Shown here piece after piece: positions 47,180-57,574 of a stretch of 64,000 bases of DNA. Position 1 is the first letter of the stretch, and each line of letters begins with the position of its first letter. The translations under genes were made by a program, and so were the position numbers. The stretch lies in the NCBI RefSeq assembly GCF_000372725.1, contig NW_005201113.1:252763-316762 (forward strand), given 5' to 3'. The notes under the pieces were generated by a model. It did not search any database, had not been told where the DNA came from, and worked only from the letters and a program-made list of their open reading frames with translations. This DNA comes from Emiliania huxleyi CCMP1516. Lineage: Eukaryota.

Positions 47180-47752
47180 CTCGGCCTTAGCTCAGCGTTT
47201 CCGACACAGCGGTCACAGTGGCCGCTCGGCTACTACCTGATAGTCCTACCACATGGCCGAAGCTGAGCTGCTACTTCTGCTACGATATAGCGCATCACCT
47301 GGCCGCAGCTGAGCACACTCAGTGACAGCTTCACGCTTAGTCCGGACGTTGCTGTCTTTGTGAGCGTTATTGATCCATTGCCAGGCTTTAGGGAGGGGGA
47401 GAGGGAGAGATCTCCGGTAGCCACAGCTCGTACGCGATCCCAGGGCAGGGGGGTGTGGTTTCTGGAGCTCTAAGGGGGGACAGAGAGAGGAAGGGAGATT
47501 GGTGTGCCTGTTTTTCGCGCTAAGCATTTTTTCCCCTCTAGCCTCTACGGCTCTAGCTTGTAGCTAAAGCCGTATAGGTGTCGAGAGACTCACTTATTTT
47601 TGATTTTTTTCATGCGCGAGAGGCCGAGAGAGATGCGTTCAAAGTTCAATTTTGAAAAAAAACTGTTCAGTTTTCAAAGGCAAAAACGCCAGCCTACGCC
47701 CTCCCCTCACACTGACACTTCTCCCCTATTCCCGTCTTTAGGTTGCGCACAT

Positions 47753-48007
47753 CTCCCAGCGAGCTAGGTTCTCCGCTTTTTCTCCCCTAGTCATCTGCCC
47801 GCGCCGCGCGCCTCTGTGGGCGTCTAGTGCAGCCACTGACAGAACTGTTCCAAAGGAGTGGTCAACGTCTCGCCTGAAGTCGGGTGGGCTCGCGCACTGC
47901 TTAGCCCTAGGGGAGGGGTGTGTGTGAGGTGTCGGAATGGTAAGGTTTCAGGCCGCCAAGGTGTGGGGGATTTGGGGGATGAGTCAGGAGCCAGCAGCCT
48001 TCCTGCT
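47753..48007 (-). mobile_element. Second copy of the ~260-bp transposon-end repeat
   Basis: Inverted relative to 43186-43446. Confidence 0.8.
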
Positions 48008-48840
48008 GGACCTGAGTTCACAGCTCCTCCGCCCGACGGGGTGGTCCCTTGGATTCGGGCCCCGCTCCCTTTTCCTGCGCCTGGTCTGTCCCTGTCAAGT
48101 GTGTGTTGCGAGATGCAGAGCTGGTTAGGCTGGAGCGCGGGCGGTGCGGTGGCAGGCGAGGGCAGCGCGGTAGGCGAGAGGCGGCCGCGGGGCTTCGAGT
48201 GGCGCGATAGGAGGGTAGGCTGGCTGTGGAGGGGCGCCGCGTGGCCTCGGCAAATGAGTAGTGCTTTATGAGCGGCCAGTTTTGTGCGTATTGCATATCG
48301 AGCCTGCGGTGTGGCCTAGTTGGTGCAGCGTTCGGGTCGGGGACGTTTTGGTCGTTGGTTCGAGCCCAGCTGGTGCAGTTCGTAGTCGCGTAGCGCGCGG
48401 GTGCGCGGCAGCCTCGGCAACCGAGGCGACAGTGGCGAGCAGGGGCGAGCAGGGGCGAGCAGGGGTCAGAGCAGTGCGGCGCGCCGAATTTTTTTCGATG
48501 GGCTCGGTCAGTGGGCGTGTCAGGAGGCGGCCGGCCGGGGGAAACTCGGCAGTAAAACTCCCGCGCCGGCCCAGGAGGTGGGAGTGTCACGGAGGCGGCC
48601 ATTGGCGCGCGCTCCTTCTCTTCGTGGGTCCGAGTTTTCCAAAGTTCAATTTTGATTAGTCATCCACTTTTTGTGAAATTTGGACATTTCTCACACGTTG
48701 TGTGCTAGGAAAGCTGGCTGCCGCCCAAGGCATGGCCGTCAAGCGGAGATAAGGCGCGGAGATGCGGCGGTGAGTGCGGCGGCGAAACTGCGTGGAGAAC
48801 CACGGCGCACCTGGCAGGGCGTCCTAGTGACGCACCCGCC

Positions 48841-50525
48841 TCACGCGCCGCCTCCGCCGCCGCCGTCGCCGCCGCCGCCGGGCCCTTTGTCACCGTCCGA
48901 CTCCGGGGCGATGGAGGAGGTGAGGCCCCACCTGTCGGCGGAGCGGCGGCGTGTCAAGGGGCGCGAGAAGGCTTTTGCTCGCCCTCCGTGCGACCGCCCG
49001 TGTGCCGCATGTCTGACTGTCGCTGTCCGGTCGCGCGATGACGGTCCCGGGGCTGTGCTGTTGTGTGAAGGGGGCGCGGGCGAGGAGGCGCCTCGACTGC
49101 ACCTCGACTGCATCTCGGCTGTACCTCGGCTCTGTCCCTCGACTGTACCTCGGCTGTGTGCCTCGCCTGTGTGCCTCGGCTGTACCTGTATCTCGACTGT
49201 ACCGCAGCTGTGCCTCGGCTGTACCTCGGCTGTACCTCGGCGGCATCTCGGCGGCATCTCGGCGCATCTCGGCGACGTCTCACTTTTGCAGCTCCATGCA
49301 GTACTTCTTGGCTTGCTGCTTCCAGGTGATGGTGACGGTCGCAGAGCCCATCGTATGCACCTACAGGAGATGATAACGGGGGCGATATCAGGGACGTGTC
49401 GGGACGATGTCGTCGGGACGATGTCGGGTCGGGGACGTGTCAAAGCGGCGTCGTGGACGTGTCAGAGCGGTGTCAGGGACGTGTCGGGACGATGTCGTCG
49501 GGACGATGTCGGGTCGGGGACGTGTCAAAGCGGCGTCGTGGACGTGTCAGAGCGGTGTCGGGGACGTGTCGGGACGATGTCGGGTCGGAGACGTGTCAGA
49601 GCGGTGTCGGAGACGTGTCAGAGCGGTGTCGGGGACGTGTCAAAGCGGTGTCGGGGACGCGTCAGAGCGGTGTCGGGGACGATGCCAGGGCGATGCCCCA
49701 GGGACGCGTCGGGGACGCGTCGGTGTGAGGTGTCTGGGGACTGGATCGAAGAGCCGGGTAGGCTCTGCGAAAGGGCCCTCTCGTACCGCTGGGTGTCTTG
49801 CGAGTCTGCGTGTCTGTCTCGCGTCCACCCATACCGCGTTGGTGTCCAGTCCGAGCCTCTGACTGTTCTTCGCCCCTCCATCTGTCTATCGCACCGTGGT
49901 TGTGATGCGGTGGGCCTTCTTCCGCGTGACCGTCTTGACGACCGAGACGATCGCGTAGATGACGTAGTCCCACGTGTGCACCTGCGCCGCACGCGCGTGC
50001 GTTGGGCGAGGCAACTCTGGCGGCGGCGGCGGCGGCGGCGGCGCGGCGCAGGCCGAGCGGCGCTGTCGTGTCGGATGGGGTGCGCTTTGCGGCTGGGAAG
50101 GCCGCCGATCGGTGGCACCAGCGGCCGAGGCGAGGGCCAGCGGTAGGGGAGGTGCGGCGGCGGCGAGCAGCAGAGTGCGGGGAGCCTTGCGGCGGCTGGC
50201 GCACGTCATCGTTGTGTATCAGCAGCCGCCACATCGGCTCGTTTGCAATCTCCTCCTTGCTCATCTGCTTGGGCTCGGCCTTGGGCCGCTCCACCACCGC
50301 CGCGCCGCCCTTCTTCGCCTTCTTCTCCCGCTCCAGCCCCTCCTGCATCCACACGCCACCCGCCGCAGCCGCTGCAGCCGCGCCAATCGCACCGCGCGGC
50401 CGAGCTGCGGCCGCCGCAAACCGCGGCTGCAGCAGCGGCCCCCGCGCAGGCTGCGGCCGCAGCGCTGTTCTCGCGGGGTGCAGCGTCAGCGCCGGCGCTA
50501 CCAAGAGAGCCGCCAGCAGGGACAT
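48841..50525 (-). CDS. clpS: ATP-dependent Clp protease adaptor ClpS, likely plastid-targeted (4 exons)
   Basis: PMWRLLIHNDD/VHTWDYVIYAIVSVVKTVTRKKAHRITTT/VHTMGSATVTITWKQQAKKYCMELQK/WGLTSSIAP. Bipartite signal plus transit-like leader MSLLAALLVAPALTLHPARTALR. Confidence 0.92.
49820..49871 (+). repeat. Dispersed ~50-bp element copy 2 (inside a clpS intron)
   Basis: Same core as 1877-1927. Confidence 0.85.
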
Positions 50526-51222
50526 GATCGCGGCGCGGCGACAAGGGTGGTGAGCGGAGAGCAGCGGCGAGCTCAGAAGCGCCACCAAAAGAATTCACCG
50601 GTGCTTTCTTTCTTTTTTTCTGAGAGCGCCTTCGTTGTTAATAGTACAAACCCAATGGTCCTCTGCGAGCGGTCCTTCGTTGCAGTCGCACACACGCACA
50701 CGCCACACCGCACCGCGCGCCCGCCCACCGCCCCGCCCAGGCGGGAAAGAGATGAGGAGATGGGACAGCAAAGGAGGAGTACGAGCACGTATGGGAGGGT
50801 TCAGTAATGCGCCACGCTGCCCGGCGTTTCTCACTTTCCGGGACAGCCCCGCCCTTTTGAGGCGGGAGAGTGACGGCTACCCCGTACGCGCCTGTTGCTC
50901 TACCCCGACGCCGACCGCCCATTCCCCCCTCCTCGTTCCCGCCTCGAACTCTCCGGACCCCGACAAGCCGCTCGCCGTTATGGGCCTCTGCCCCGCACGC
51001 TCCCGCCCCTTTTGCCCCTCACACACACACCCAGGCCCGACATGCACATACAAGACAAACCCGGCGTCCTGCTCTCAAAAGAAAAGAAAAAATGGGAAGG
51101 AGGAGACCAGCGGGGGAGACTCCTTTCTTAGCTTGGGTGCGTTTTATTTATAGCCCCCGCTACCCAGTTGCACTCGTGCGACGTAGCGGGGGGCCACGAC
51201 TACGTTTACGAAAACAGAAGTT

Positions 51223-52135
51223 AGAGAGAGAGATTTTTAGCAATACCTTAAAGAGAGGTTACAGGCGTGTAAGGTCCGTTAGCGCAATACCAAACAACTC
51301 TAACACTCACACGTCATTTGGGGCCTGGAGTTAGTCGCGAGGCGGGAAATCTGCTCCGAGTAGCCCCCTGTTGCTTTTCAACACAGAGCCGTTTTTTCGA
51401 GAGAGAGATTTTTAGCAATACAATACCAAACAACTCTAACACTCACACGTCATTTGGGGCCTGGAGGCTGGAGCCCTGTTCACGCGCGCGCGAGACGTGC
51501 AGACAGGGTTGCCAGGTGAGAGCGAATGGCGCGGTTCACGCCTCGCACAACAGAGAGAGAGATGCGCTCTGCATGGTGGGACATAAAAGAAAGCGAGTAC
51601 GTGGGCGAGTAGGCCGTGCGGTCGACGCTGCCGCGCGCGACTTTGCGCGCGGAGAGAGAGATTTTTAGCAATACCAAACAACTCTAACACTCACACGTGT
51701 TTTTGTTTGTTGCGCGCGAGGCGGCGCAGCTTGAGAACGGCGGTGGGCGAGAAGCCGCCGCCGAAAATCTCGTGGAGCAGCAGGTTGAAGTTGTTGCGCT
51801 TGACAAAGATCGCGTCGTGGTAGAAACCGCGATGCGCCTTCGTGACGTAGCCGTGGCCGTTCTTGTGGTCGAAGGGTTGGCCGGGCTGCCCGCGCGCCTT
51901 GCAGCCCATGTTTAGGCGGCGGGCCTTCTCCTCGGTGTTGCCGAAGGCGTAGGAGTGGCCAACGGAGGCGGGCGTGCCGCCGCTCGAGGCGTTGCCAACG
52001 CCCGCCGAGGAGGTCTTGAGGAGGGGCGTCCAGAGCTTGACTTCATTCACCTCATCGCATCCTCCCGGGCCAGCGTGGGGTTCCGCGAGGTCGACCTTGT
52101 ACCCCTCGTTGTACTGCCGGTTTTGTTTTTTTGGT
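51223..52135 (-). mobile_element. Stack of non-LTR retrotransposon 3' ends, one with a restriction-like endonuclease (RLE) fragment
   Basis: Three copies of GTGTGAGTGTTAGAGTTGTTTGGTATTGCTAAAAATCTCTCTC (minus strand, some interrupted). ORF 51691..52155 (KVDLAE..NEVK..EEKAR..LLLHEIFGGGFSPTAVLKLRRLAR) resembles the C-terminal RLE region of CRE-like elements. Confidence 0.65.
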
Positions 52136-52472
52136 TTTGTTTTTTTTCGTGGCAAAAATCGTCACACAAAAGTCGGCGCCTCGAAGGGTGAAGCGGGTTA
52201 GCCTCTTCCCACCCAGGTTTCGCGACTCTGCGTGGCCGACTCACACAGCGAGCCTTCCTGTCTCCCTGCTGCCGATTCATCGGTTGTGCTCAGTCAAGAT
52301 ATTGTAGAGTAACAAGTCTCTGTGCGTTTACGTGAACAAGTCTCTGTTGCGTGACTCTGTGCGATTTCGGGCCCGGGGTTGCGCGTTTACGTGAACAGCA
52401 AGTCTCACCGAGAGGAAGCGCCGGAGTCCGGTTCGCGGCGCTGGAGTTGGCCGCCGCTCTGTGTGTCACGCG

Positions 52473-53106
52473 ATGAGCGCAGCCGAGGCCCTCGCCCCGG
52501 CCAAGCAGGCGATCAAGCAGCAGGCGTTTTATATGAAGAAGGCGCGCAATCCCCGCAGATATACGAGCGACACACGCCCCAGCAGCACCGCACATCGCCC
52601 GCCTGCCGCCAGCCTCGGCACGCCGTCGCCGCGCCGCCCGCTCGTGTGATCGTCCCCGCCGCGCTCCAACGCCTCGCAGGCGCTCGACCAGCGCCACCTC
52701 CGCACTGCCCTCCACCATGCCGCGACGATGATCGGCGAGCTCCGCACGTCGGCGCTCGGGCCAAAGGCGTACTACGAGGTGTACATCGACGTGACGACGG
52801 AGCTGCGGCACCTGGAGGAGTTCTTCGAGGCGGAGCACGAGCGCGGCCGCCCCATGGTCGAGCTGTACGAGCTCGTCCAGCACGCGGGCAACGTGCTCCC
52901 GCGCTTGTACCTGCTGCTGGCGGTCGGCCGCGTCTTTCTTCAGTCCAAGGAGGCGGCCGCGAAGGTCGTCCTCGAGGACCTGGTCGAGCACTGCAAGGGG
53001 GTGCAGCAGCCGCTGCGCGGCCTCTTCCTGCGCAACTACCTGCTGCAGTGCACGCGCGAGCGGCTGCCAGACACGGGGTCTGACTACACAGACACAAACA
53101 CAGACA

Positions 53107-53174
<68 letters not shown>

Positions 53175-56100
53175 TGCTCTCTCAGGTCGGACTACGAGGG
53201 CGAGGGAGGGACCGTCTCGGACGCAATCAAGATCGTCCTCGCCAACTTCGGCGAGATGGCAAAGCTCTGGGTGCGTCTCCCCACCTCTCTCCCCACCTCT
53301 CTCCCCACCTCTCTCCCCACCTCTCTCTCCACCTCTCTCCCCACCTCTCTCCCCACCTCTCTCCCCACCTCTCTCCCCACCTCTCTCCCCACCTCTCTCC
53401 CCACCTCTCTCTCCACCTCTCTCCCCACCTCTCTCCCCACCTCTCTCCCCACCTCTCTCCCCACCTCTCTCTTCCACAGGTGCGGATGCAGCACCAGGGG
53501 CCGGCGGCGAACAAGGAGCAGCGCGAGAAGGAGCGCGCCGTGTCAAGGGTGGTGCTGCAGCTGTGGACGGCGTCTCTTCACGGCTGCGGCTGTGAGCAGG
53601 AGCGCGCCGAGCTCAAGGTGGTCGTCGGCGGCAACTTGCACCGCCTGGCCTCGCTGGAGGGGGTGACGCTGCAGGTGTGTGAAGTAGACCTCGGGGCGGG
53701 GGCATGCGGCGCAGCACACAAACGGCGATAGACTGGCGCAATCCATGCCGGGGCGCACGCGGCGGCAAACGGTCTCTGCCGACACCGCGTATGGGCAAGA
53801 CATCAGATCGCAAGCGCAAGGCGCGAGAGTAGAGGCCGGCGCCGCCGCCGGCTGCGCAGGTGTACACCGCAGAGGTGGTGCAGCCGCTGCTCGAGCTGAT
53901 CGTGTCGTGCAAGGACGGGCTGGCGCAGGAGTACCTCCTCGAGTGCGTCTGCCAGGTCTTCCCGGTCGCGTACCACACCGCCACGCTCCCCACCCTCCTC
54001 CGCTTCCTCTCCTGGCTGTCCGCTGCCGCCGACGAGTCGGCACCCAAGATGTAGCCGAGAGATAGCCGAGAGATAGCCGACGCACACACGCACACACACT
54101 CACACACACACTCTCTCTCTCACACACACACACACACACGCACACGCACACACGCACACACACACACACACACGCCGCCGCCGCCGCCTTCGCCGCCGCC
54201 GCCGCCGCCTTCGCCGCCGCCGCCGCCGCCGCCTTCGCCGCCGCCGCCTTCCTCTCGTATTCGGCCATCCTCTGTGCTATATCTCGGCTGTATCTCGGCG
54301 AAGCCTCGGCAGGCGATCCTCTCGCACCTGATCAGCCGCCTCTGCGCGCTCGAGCCTGCCGACGGCGAAACAGAGGCGCGCGACGTCTTCACGCCCGTCG
54401 CCGACCACGTCGAGCGGCGCTGCGCCTCGCTGCGGCTGCTGCCGTCGCTCGCCCTCGCCCTCGCCCTCGCGCGGCTCGCGCTGGAGGCGAGATGCGCCCA
54501 GGCTGCCCGAGATGCGCCCGGAGATTGCACGAGATCGAGACTCATCAAGCCGAGGCCCGAGCGCCTCCGATCTCGGGCGACCTCGGCCGATCTCGGCCGA
54601 TCTCGTGTGATAGGCGTACGAGGCGCACACCGAGTACCTCGAGCGCGCGCTCTCCCTCGCGAGCACGCGGCTCGAGTCGCTCGGCGTCGTGACCGAGAAG
54701 CGGGCGGTGGCGGTGGTGCAGGACTTGCTCTCGCTGCCGCTGAAGCGCAAGGGCGGCGACGTGCTGTACGTGCTCGAGCTGACCGAGTGGCCGAGGCTGG
54801 CGGCCCTAGAAGCGGAGTACGTGTTCATGTCCCCCAACCAGCGCCCGAGAGGACACGTGTTAAGCCGTACTCGGCCGCACTCCGCTGTATTCACTGTCCT
54901 CGCCTCCGTTGTACTCACGCGGTGCTCTGAAGACGACTCTGCACGATACCGTCCTCCCGCCCTGATGTCGGCGTCTTCAGCACGTAGGCTCGTGACGCTC
55001 GGCGCTCCACATCTCCCCACATCTCCCCATATCTCCCCATATCTCCCCACATCTCCCCACATCTCCCCACATCTCCCCACATCTCCCCACATCTCCCCAC
55101 ATCTCCCCACATCTCCCCATATCTCCCCATATCTCCCCATATCTCCCCATATCTCCCACGTAGGCTCGTGTCGCGGCTCGAGCCCGACGAGCAGCGCCGA
55201 GTGGTGTCGCGCCTGCTGCGGGAGGTTGCGGGCCGCGGCTGCGTCATCTCGGACTCGCTTCGCGCAGACCGGCTGCTCGTGCTGTGCGCGCCGCTGCTCC
55301 AAGGGGACTCGTCGCCCGCCGCGCCGGCCAATGGCGCCGAGACGGCAAACGGCGCCTCTGACCGCTCGGATGCCGACGGCGAGATGTCGCCGAGAGCGCT
55401 CCGAGAGCCCGCCGGAGATGCGCGCCGAGATGCCGCCGCGATGTCGCCGCGATGCCGCCGCGATGTCGCCGCGATGCGGCCGAGAGCCCAACCGTGGCCC
55501 AAGAGCGAGTCCGCATCGGCTCATGAGCATCGGCTAGGCTTGGACGTTTCCTAGACACTTCCTAGACACTTCCTAGACACTTCCTAGCATCGGCTAGGCT
55601 TGGACGCGGAGCTCGCCGACGAGATGGCGCCGGTGGCCGCCATGATGCACGCGCTCGCGCACGAGGACACCGACGCTGAGGCGCGCGTGCTCAACGCGGC
55701 GTACAAGCACGCCGCCGCCGCCGCGCCGGGTCGGCTGCCCCACGTGCTCGTGCCGCTCCTCTTCCGCTTCCTGCAGGAGCCCACCCCACCCTCACCCACC
55801 CCGCCCCACCCCACCCCACATCACCCCACCCCACCCCACCCCACATCACCCCACCCACCCCGCGGCCCGGCTGATGAGGCGAGGAGCCACCCCTCCCGCC
55901 CCACCCGCCCACCGCCCCACCCGCCCACCGCCCCACCCGCCCACCGCCCACCACGCCGCCGTCCTGCGACCAGCTGGCGCGCCGCGTGCGGCTGGCCGAG
56001 GAGGGCGGGGCCACGCTCGAGGTGTCGTGCGGCAAGCTGCTCGCCTTTGTCGGCCAGATCGTCCAGGCGGTGACCGCCGCCGCGCCCAACCTCGCGCTGC

Positions 56101-56883
56101 GCCTGTACGTGCAGTGCGCGCAGGTGGCGGACAGCTGCGGCGACGACGACGGCGCGTATGAGTACCTCACGCAGGCCTTCACGCTCTTCGAGGAGGAGGT
56201 GGCCGAGCAGAGCGCCAAGCTGGCGGCACTCTCCCTCCTCTCGGCCGCGCTGCCGCACATGACGTCCTTCTCCTCCGAGCAGTACGAGACGCTCGCGCGC
56301 TCCGCCACGCAGTACGGCGCCACGCTGCTCAAGAAGCCCGACCAGGAACAGCGCCGCCGCAAAGCACAGACCCGGCGCAGCCGTGAACGGCGCCTCTTCA
56401 CGGATGACGCCGCAAGTAGGCGCGCGCCGTCGCGAAGGCGTCCTTTGCCTTTTGGCCGCTCGCGGGGCTCTCGCCCCACCGCAACGCGCAGCGCGCGCTC
56501 GAGTGCCTGCAGGTGATATCTGCCCATATCTCCCCATGTCTCCCCATATCTCCCTGCGTCACTCGTGTCCTGAGTGCCTGCAGCGCGCGCTCAAGATCGC
56601 CGACGGCTGCAAGCGGTCGGGGATGCACGCCCCGCTCTTCGTCGAGATCCTAGACGCGTACTTGTGGCACTACGAGCAGGGCAACGACCTCGTCACACTG
56701 GCGTACATCTCGTCGCTGATGCAGCTCATCGACCAGCACGTCGCCGAGTGGCGCAGCGACTGGCAGGCCGCCTCGGACGCGCCGGGCGCGCCGGCCCATG
56801 TCGTGCGCTACGTCGCCACGAGGAGGCACATCAGCGCCAAGGTGCGCGGAGGGTCGCAAAAGTACGAAGGGCTGCAGCTCTGA
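52473..56883 (+). CDS. VPS35: Vacuolar protein sorting 35 (retromer), multi-exon
   Basis: [101 protein letters not shown]. Confidence 0.96.
53279..53470. repeat. Intronic (CCCCACCTCTCT)n minisatellite
   Basis: Directly visible. A related (CCCCACATCT)n array lies at ~55007-55158. Confidence 0.95.
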
Positions 56884-57345
56884 GTCGCGGTGCTGGTCTA
56901 TGCCGTCACACCGCCACGGCTAGTGTGGCGTCGACTGCGAGCGCTCGGCGCGCCGAGTCGGCCCTAGAGGGTGGCACGAGGCGCGGCTCCGTTGCCCGAA
57001 CGCACACATACAGGCCGTCGGCACTGCGGGAGGGTGCTGCCCAGGAGATGCGCTCGCTTTCGCGCAAGGGTGAGGCAAAGATGCACACGTGTCTTATATC
57101 GGTGTTTAAATATATCGGCGCTGGCGAAACGGGCCAGATCACACACACACGCTTCTACGGCTGAAGAGAAGCGATTTTCAGTTTACGGCAATTTACGCCG
57201 CAAACCGGAGACACATCCCCGTCATCCCCACAAGCCACATTCCTCGAGACAAAAAACGATTCCACACAAAGAACAACGTCACACCAACAGTGTCAGCTTC
57301 CTTTATCCTTTCCGCTTTCGCGCTTGGTCGAAATGGCAATATTGC

Positions 57346-57523
57346 TTATTGGTCTACTCCTCCGCGCTCCGGTGTCCGGACCTCGCTCGCGCAATCGCGG
57401 GATCGGTGGGAAATCAAACAAGAAGTCGCACGCCGGGCGCCCGTTGTGAGCTCTCTTGTGGACGACGGGAGGGCTTGCGTTCTCGAGGTCTCTCGAGTGT
57501 TGGCGTGCACCTCGATCCAAGCG

Positions 57524-57574
<51 letters not shown>

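Noticed and set aside
43186..48007. Single MULE-like element with 260-bp TIRs capturing the ART domain
   Set aside because: No TSD (CTCCCGCCG vs GGACCTGAG), and the Pro-rich stalk continues across the left repeat and gap. Two separate insertions are more parsimonious, though this is not excluded.
48680..50146. 488-aa Cys/Arg-rich ORF
   Set aside because: Antisense read-through of repeat-filled clpS introns.
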